Virus record (IMG/VR): IMGVR_UViG_3300021400_004213
DNA length: 64,000 nt
Direction: 5' to 3' (one strand)
Source of the DNA: an uncultured virus (IMG/VR IMGVR_UViG_3300021400_004213)
Taxonomy: Duplodnaviria > Heunggongvirae > Uroviricota > Caudoviricetes
Part shown: positions 58,034-64,000 of the stretch, in pieces
How the letters are laid out: every line of letters starts with the position of its first letter
How positions within the stretch are numbered: position 1 is the first letter of the stretch
Position numbers and translations under genes: made by a program
The notes under the pieces: generated by a model
Told to the model about the DNA's origin: nothing
What the model saw: only the letters and a program-made list of their open reading frames with translations
Databases searched by the model: none

Positions 58034-59692
58034 TTATCCATTATTCACATCTGCGCCCGCTTCAGCATCAGCGTCAGCAGCAACCTCAGCCTCAGCTTCA
58101 GCAGCGGCAGCAGCATCTTCATCTGCTGTATCAGCAGCATTCACTGCAGATGCTTCAACAACCATATCCTCCGTAATTTCATTCACAACACCATAGAATG
58201 CAATGTCCTCATTCTCTGCATCACCAATGTAATACAAGAACGGACGATCACAAACAATGTTAATCACATCGAGATCATCATTGTAATCTACAATAGGAGT
58301 AGATGCAGGAGTCTTCTCCTCAGTCTGACAAACACCGCTATGCGTGATTGACGTCTTCGCAATCTGTGAGAACACAGGCTCAAAAGAAGTAGGCAGACCA
58401 GTCAAAATCTCGCTTAAAACATTGCCAATAGGAAGAGCGAACTGAGACAACTTCAACTGATACATAGATTCAACTGTAAACTCTGGCATATAGAAACGCA
58501 CATGTGCTTTCTTAGACGCCAACTCACCGTTCATCAGTTTCGTTACGTTCACATCTTCCAGCTTTACGCCCTTATTAGGCATAACAACCATCACATAGTT
58601 TCCACCCTCCAAATACATGCAATAAGCATAGGCATTACCAAGATCCCAATAAGTCAGACCTTCATCGCGAAGCATAACAGTCTTCACTTCGCTACCGTCA
58701 GCATTATAGAAGATACGATTCTTCGTATCATAAGCTTTCGGTCCATTCTTCCATCCATCTGACAAATACACAACACTTGTCAAATCAATCTTGGTATCAC
58801 CAGTAAAGAATGACGGAGTATACGGAATATACCCATTTGTTGCATCCGAAACAAACCAATTCTTTTCAGTTGTTGCAGAAGGAGAATTCATATCCACCGC
58901 AGTCAAAAGACCATTCAAACGACTATCTGAACCAACAGTTGGCTTCAAAGACTTATCAACCCAAATATGTCTGATAATCTTCATTGTCTCCGTATCATCA
59001 AACTGTAAATAATCACGATTGATATACTTCTTCAGAACAGCCTTATCAGGCTCGCCAACCATTTCTTCCCACATATCCATTGCAGACAGCAGAGACTCGC
59101 CACTAATTACAGCATTATCTGTACCTGCTTTAGACAGCAAAAACGCCTGATAACGATACCCATTGGTCCCCATTGGATCCAGTTCAGCAACAGTAGGAGC
59201 TTCCGTTGTAGGCTCATCTGATTTCTCTTCCACAGATGGCTCTGTCACAGCAGGATCTTCGGCAGGCTCAGTCGTTTCCTCTTCAGTGACTTCCTTTTCA
59301 ACAAGACCCGCTACAGCATCTTCAATGGCCTTTGCCATAGCATCAACAGCTGCCTGCTCTTCAGGAGCCTTACCTCTAACTACAGCATTTACTGCTTCCG
59401 TCACAACCGCAGCAGTTTCATCTGTATAAATGCTCAAATCAGTCGGAACTTTTAACAACGCCGCATCAACCGCCTCATAATTCGCCTCATCGGACACTAC
59501 AGGCTCCTCTGTTGCACTCGGCTGATTCTGACCGTCACGCTCAGCAAGCTGATCCGATGTCATAATGTTGGTCTTTGCAGGTGTCTTTCCACTTTCTACT
59601 ACACCGCCATTATCTGTCGATGACTGTGAGCCACAAGCAGCTAACGAAAGTGTCATTAAAAGAGCCAACATAAGACACAAAACTCGTTTCAT
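58034..59692 (-). CDS. lipoprotein with serpin-like domain
   Basis: Lipobox LAAC; FYNADGSEVKTVML, VVMPN, MPEFTVE, CDRPFLYYI...FYGVV. Confidence 0.75.
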   Translation of the reverse strand: MKRVLCLMLALLMTLSLAACGSQSSTDNGGVVESGKTPAKTNIMTSDQLAERDGQNQPSATEEPVVSDEANYEAVDAALLKVPTDLSIYTDETAAVVTEAVNAVVRGKAPEEQAAVDAMAKAIEDAVAGLVEKEVTEEETTEPAEDPAVTEPSVEEKSDEPTTEAPTVAELDPMGTNGYRYQAFLLSKAGTDNAVISGESLLSAMDMWEEMVGEPDKAVLKKYINRDYLQFDDTETMKIIRHIWVDKSLKPTVGSDSRLNGLLTAVDMNSPSATTEKNWFVSDATNGYIPYTPSFFTGDTKIDLTSVVYLSDGWKNGPKAYDTKNRIFYNADGSEVKTVMLRDEGLTYWDLGNAYAYCMYLEGGNYVMVVMPNKGVKLEDVNVTKLMNGELASKKAHVRFYMPEFTVESMYQLKLSQFALPIGNVLSEILTGLPTSFEPVFSQIAKTSITHSGVCQTEEKTPASTPIVDYNDDLDVINIVCDRPFLYYIGDAENEDIAFYGVVNEITEDMVVEASAVNAADTADEDAAAAAEAEAEVAADADAEAGADVNNG

Positions 59693-59835
59693 AATATATA
59701 GACCTCCATTTGTAATATCGCAAAATAAATGCATGATTTATCCAACATATATAGAATAGCACAGAAAGATTGATTTATCAACATATTATCTAAAAGAGCC
59801 GTGAAAAGAATTATTCACGGCCCTATTTAGCGCAA

Positions 59836-62487
59836 TTACTCTTCAAGGATATCATCTAACAAACTTGATTCAGACGCATCGTCGTCCTCTGGACTCTCCT
59901 CTTCATCATCAGACGTTTCTTCCTCTTCTGAAACTTCTGGAACGACAAGAGTTTCCTCTTCTTGAACTTCATCCTCAAATTCGTCATCATCCTGCTCTTC
60001 ACAAGGCTCTTCATGAATCGTAGCGACTACATCTGCCACTACACCATTCGGATTACCCGAAAGATTAATCATTCGAGTACCCATCGCCTTTCGTGAATAC
60101 ACAGGTACCTTGTCAATCGGCGTCTTAATAATCTGACCGTTATCCATCATGATAACCAAATCATTGGAGATATCCTCCAAAAGGAACGCCTTACTGACAT
60201 TACCAACCTTATCTTCAGCGGAAGTCTTTACGCAACGATTACCACGAGCGGTACGACCCTTAAACACCGTGAAGTCTTCACAACGAACACGCTTTGCATA
60301 ACCCTTTTCCGTGATAATAATCACTTCTTTACCAAGTTCCTGCTTCTGCATAGCGATAACTTCATCACCCTTAGAAAGAGTGATACCCTTCACGCCACGA
60401 GCTTGACGACCCATCGGACGCACCTTCGCAACAGGATATGCTGCACAATAACCGTGCTTTGTGGTCACCATGACATTATCATCATCCTGAACGACCACTG
60501 TACTACGAACTTCGTCACCATCATCCAGCTTGATCATAAACAGACCATTAGAACGTACATGTGGCAGATTCGACATTGATACACGCTTGATAACACCACG
60601 CTTTGTAATCATCGTCAGATATTTATCTTCCGAATACTCATTCTCAGCAATCATGCCTGTGACAAACTCACCAGGCTGCAACTTAGTAAGAATACTTACA
60701 AGAGCCGTACCACGTGACGTTCTTGCCGTCTCAGCAATCTGATACGCCTTCATAGTGTATACACGACCAAAGTTCGTGAAGAAAATAATGTCAGACAGAA
60801 GGCTTGTTGAAATCATATCTTCGATATAATCTTCAGAAAGTGTTGCCACATGACTACCCTTTCCACCCTTCTTCTGCAGACGGAACGTACCAGGCTTCAT
60901 ACGCTTCAAATAACCGAAGTTAGTACGAATAATGACACAAGGTTCGTCTTCAATCAGGTCTTCCATCGTAATATCGGAATAATCGACCTTATGCTGAGTC
61001 TTTCTATCATCTGCATACTTACGACGAATCTCCTTCAGTTCCTTACGAATCTGCTTCAAAAGAACCTTACGGTTACCCAGCAATTCAGTACAACGAGTAA
61101 TCTCCGCTGTCAAATCATTTAATTCATCGACCAACTTCTGATGTTCCAGACCAGTAAGAGCACGAAGTCTCAAATCCAAAATTGTCTGAGCCTGCATTTC
61201 ATCCAGTCCAAACTTATCCATCAACTTCTGCCTTGCATCATCAGGATCTGCACCATTGCGGACAATATCAATGACCTCGTCGATGTCATTTACAGCAAGA
61301 ATCAAACCTTCGACAATGTGCTTACGTTTCTCAGCCTTTTCCTTCTCAAAGACCGTTCTACGGCCAACAACATCCATCTGATGATCCAGATAATAACGTA
61401 ACATCTGAACCAAATTCAACGTCATAGGATGCCCATCAACCAAGCACAGCATATTGGCAGAAAAACTGCTACGAAGCTTTGTATGCTGAAGCAGATTATT
61501 CATTACCAACTCAGGAATAGCAGACCTCTTTAATTCAATAACAATACGAACACCATGACGATTCGTCTCATCACGAACGTCCACTACATCCAGCTTCTTT
61601 TCACGACAATACTTCGCAATATCTTCAACAAGTGTCTTCTTATTGACCTGATACGGAATCTCGGTGATCACAATCTGCGATTTCTTGCCGACCTGTTCAA
61701 TGTCATAGACACATTCCATGTCGACCTTACCACGACCCGTCTCATAGATATCACGATAATCGCGACCAAGAATGACAGCACCTGTCGGAAAATCAGGACC
61801 CTTTACAATGTCCAAAAGTTCAGAAACAGTCGTTTCTTTATCCTTCAGGTCATTCTCAATCATCTGTACCGTAGCGTCAATAACTTCACCCAGATTATGA
61901 GGCGGAATATTACACGCCATACCAACGGCAATACCCATCGAACCATTCACAAGAAGGTTCGGAAAACGACTCGGAAGAACAGACGGCTCATTCTCTGTAC
62001 CATCGAAGTTCGGAACCCAATCTACAGTGTTCTTATCAATGTCACGAAGCATTTCATCGGCAATCTTTGACATACGAGCTTCCGTATAACGGTAAGCAGC
62101 AGGCGGATCGCCATCCATAGAACCAAAGTTACCATGTCCATCTACGAGCGGATGCCTCAGGTTGAAATCCTGTGCCAAACGAACCAGCGCATCATACACA
62201 CTGGCATCACCATGCGGATGGTAATGCCCAAGCACGTCACCAACAGTGGTTGCGCACTTACGATACGCAGCAGAATGGGTGATACCAGCCTTATACATTG
62301 CGTACATAATACGACGATGAACAGGCTTAAATCCATCACGCACATCAGGCAAAGCACGGTCTGTAATGACAGACATGGCATAGTCAATGAAGTTACGACC
62401 CATAATATCAGGCAAACACACCTGTTCATAATGTGGATCATCTTCATTAATATCAAAAAATGTATTCAAATTCTTTTCATTATCCAT
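59836..62487 (-). CDS. gyrA: DNA gyrase subunit A
   Basis: [29 protein letters not shown], GyrA-box QKKGGKG, acidic tail. Confidence 0.95.
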   Translation of the reverse strand: MDNEKNLNTFFDINEDDPHYEQVCLPDIMGRNFIDYAMSVITDRALPDVRDGFKPVHRRIMYAMYKAGITHSAAYRKCATTVGDVLGHYHPHGDASVYDALVRLAQDFNLRHPLVDGHGNFGSMDGDPPAAYRYTEARMSKIADEMLRDIDKNTVDWVPNFDGTENEPSVLPSRFPNLLVNGSMGIAVGMACNIPPHNLGEVIDATVQMIENDLKDKETTVSELLDIVKGPDFPTGAVILGRDYRDIYETGRGKVDMECVYDIEQVGKKSQIVITEIPYQVNKKTLVEDIAKYCREKKLDVVDVRDETNRHGVRIVIELKRSAIPELVMNNLLQHTKLRSSFSANMLCLVDGHPMTLNLVQMLRYYLDHQMDVVGRRTVFEKEKAEKRKHIVEGLILAVNDIDEVIDIVRNGADPDDARQKLMDKFGLDEMQAQTILDLRLRALTGLEHQKLVDELNDLTAEITRCTELLGNRKVLLKQIRKELKEIRRKYADDRKTQHKVDYSDITMEDLIEDEPCVIIRTNFGYLKRMKPGTFRLQKKGGKGSHVATLSEDYIEDMISTSLLSDIIFFTNFGRVYTMKAYQIAETARTSRGTALVSILTKLQPGEFVTGMIAENEYSEDKYLTMITKRGVIKRVSMSNLPHVRSNGLFMIKLDDGDEVRSTVVVQDDDNVMVTTKHGYCAAYPVAKVRPMGRQARGVKGITLSKGDEVIAMQKQELGKEVIIITEKGYAKRVRCEDFTVFKGRTARGNRCVKTSAEDKVGNVSKAFLLEDISNDLVIMMDNGQIIKTPIDKVPVYSRKAMGTRMINLSGNPNGVVADVVATIHEEPCEEQDDDEFEDEVQEEETLVVPEVSEEEETSDDEEESPEDDDASESSLLDDILEE

Positions 62488-62499
62488 ATCTGACTCTCC

Positions 62500-64000
62500 T
62501 TAAGCATCAACATTTGCCAGATGAGCATTATCTTCGATATAACGTCTACGAGGCAATACCGAATCACCCATCAAAGTTACGACCAAATCTTCCGTCTCTT
62601 CAGCACGAATATCATCAAAATATACAGCTCTCATAATACGACGGTTAGGATCCATTGTGGTCTCCCAAAGCTGCTCTGGGTTCATCTCACCAAGGCCCTT
62701 ATAACGCTGAATATTATCCTTACCCTTTGCAGGACCAAGCTTCTTCAAAAGAGCATCCAATTCTTCGTCCGTATAGGCATAATATTCCTTCTTACCTCTC
62801 GTCAGCTTATACAACGGAGGTTTAGCCACAAAAATATGACCCTGTTTAATCAACTCAGGCATATAACGATAGAAGAAAGTCAGAAGCAGAATCGCAATAT
62901 GACTACCGTCAACATCGGCATCTGCCATAATCACAATCTTACCATAGCGAAGCTTGTTGATATCAAAATCATTACCAACGCCAGTGCCAAGTGCGGCAAT
63001 AACAGGCTGAAGCTTATCGTTATTGTAAACCTTACTCGGCTGAACACGCTCGACGTTCAGCATCTTACCCCAAAGAGGAAGAATAGCTTGGAACTTACGA
63101 TCACGACCCAACTTTGCACTACCACCTGCGGAATCACCCTCAACAATAAACAACTCAGTTTCATCCACATTCTTAGACTGACAATCTGCCAGCTTACCAG
63201 GTAATGTACTATTGGCCTCCATCGCAGTCTTACGACGAGTATTCTCACGAGCCTGACGGGCAGCATCTCTCGCCTGCTGAGCCAAAACAGCCTTCTCGCA
63301 AATCGCTCGACCGACATCAGGATGGAGTTCCAGATAAACTGTCAACTGCTCGCCCATAATGGTCTCAACGATACCACGAACTTCAGCATTACCAAGTTTC
63401 TGCTTCGTCTGACCCTCAAACTCAGGCTCCATAACACGACAAGAAACAACTGCAGAAAGACCTTCCTTCAAGTCCTCTGTGGACAAAGACATATCTTTCT
63501 TCTTAAACAGATTGTTATTCTTCGCATAGTTATTCAAGATACGCGTCATTGCAGCCCTAAAGCCTGTAATATGCGTACCACCTTCAGGTGTATGAATATT
63601 GTTGACATAGCCAAGCAAACGTTCCGAATAATCCTTTGTATGCTGAAAAGCAACTTCGACCTTCGTATCACCCTTCTCACCAGAAAGAACGATAATATCG
63701 TCATACATTGGCTCTCTACCCTTGTTCAAGAACTCAATATAACTGATAAGACCATTCTCCGAAGAAAACGTCTCAGTCCGCTCCTTACCTTCACGTTCAT
63801 CTGTCAACACAAGCGTTAAGCCCTTCGTAAGGAAAGAAACCTCACGCATACGTTCCTTCAATGTATCGTAGTCATATTCTGACACACTAAAAATCGATGG
63901 ATCAGGCAGGAAAGTAACTTTCGTTCCATGATCATTCACATCGGCAGTGCCGACACGACCAAATGGAACCGTTATCTTACCCTTGGAAAATTCCATTCCC
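62500..64000 (-). CDS. gyrB: DNA gyrase subunit B (N-terminus outside the window)
   Basis: EGGTH, FEGQTK, LPGKLADC, VEGDSAGG, DADVDGSHI, RYKGLGEM. Confidence 0.95.
   Translation of the reverse strand, partial: GMEFSKGKITVPFGRVGTADVNDHGTKVTFLPDPSIFSVSEYDYDTLKERMREVSFLTKGLTLVLTDEREGKERTETFSSENGLISYIEFLNKGREPMYDDIIVLSGEKGDTKVEVAFQHTKDYSERLLGYVNNIHTPEGGTHITGFRAAMTRILNNYAKNNNLFKKKDMSLSTEDLKEGLSAVVSCRVMEPEFEGQTKQKLGNAEVRGIVETIMGEQLTVYLELHPDVGRAICEKAVLAQQARDAARQARENTRRKTAMEANSTLPGKLADCQSKNVDETELFIVEGDSAGGSAKLGRDRKFQAILPLWGKMLNVERVQPSKVYNNDKLQPVIAALGTGVGNDFDINKLRYGKIVIMADADVDGSHIAILLLTFFYRYMPELIKQGHIFVAKPPLYKLTRGKKEYYAYTDEELDALLKKLGPAKGKDNIQRYKGLGEMNPEQLWETTMDPNRRIMRAVYFDDIRAEETEDLVVTLMGDSVLPRRRYIEDNAHLANVDA

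Noticed and set aside
3260..59781. FNR/Crp boxes
   Set aside because: Half-site spacing is 2 bp rather than 4 bp; reported as an unassigned operator instead
1..64000. CRISPR arrays, tRNA/rRNA genes, introns/inteins, virion structural genes
   Set aside because: None recognised by eye; nrdD and gyrA appear uninterrupted. tRNAscan and Infernal were not run.

Overview
64 kb of a large, probably conjugative extrachromosomal or integrated element (megaplasmid/ICE-like or jumbo prophage) from an anaerobic low-GC Gram-positive host. The evidence is Firmicute-type RBSs, sigmaA consensus promoters, and no rRNA, tRNA, CRISPR array or virion structural genes that I could recognise. The standout gene is a 2094-aa ORF (34648-40932, minus strand) carrying beta-type motifs followed by beta'-type motifs of two-barrel RNA polymerases in one chain, including DFDGD. 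Other transcription-related parts are a sigma4/alpha-CTD fusion and an SF2 helicase/sigma-like gene split by a +1 frame change. The element also has its own secY with a secE missed by the ORF track and traX, plus a MoxR-VWA-Clp-UvrD operon. Replication and nucleotide genes include gyrBA, nrdDG, thyX, two HU genes, RarA, an AEP primase and a separate D5-type helicase. Further genes encode NADAR and macrodomain hydrolases, cell-wall enzymes and a serpin-like lipoprotein. Non-coding signals include a 12-bp palindromic operator at most promoter regions and terminator-containing leaders upstream of the RNAP and rseP genes. All assignments come from motif recognition by eye; no searches were run.
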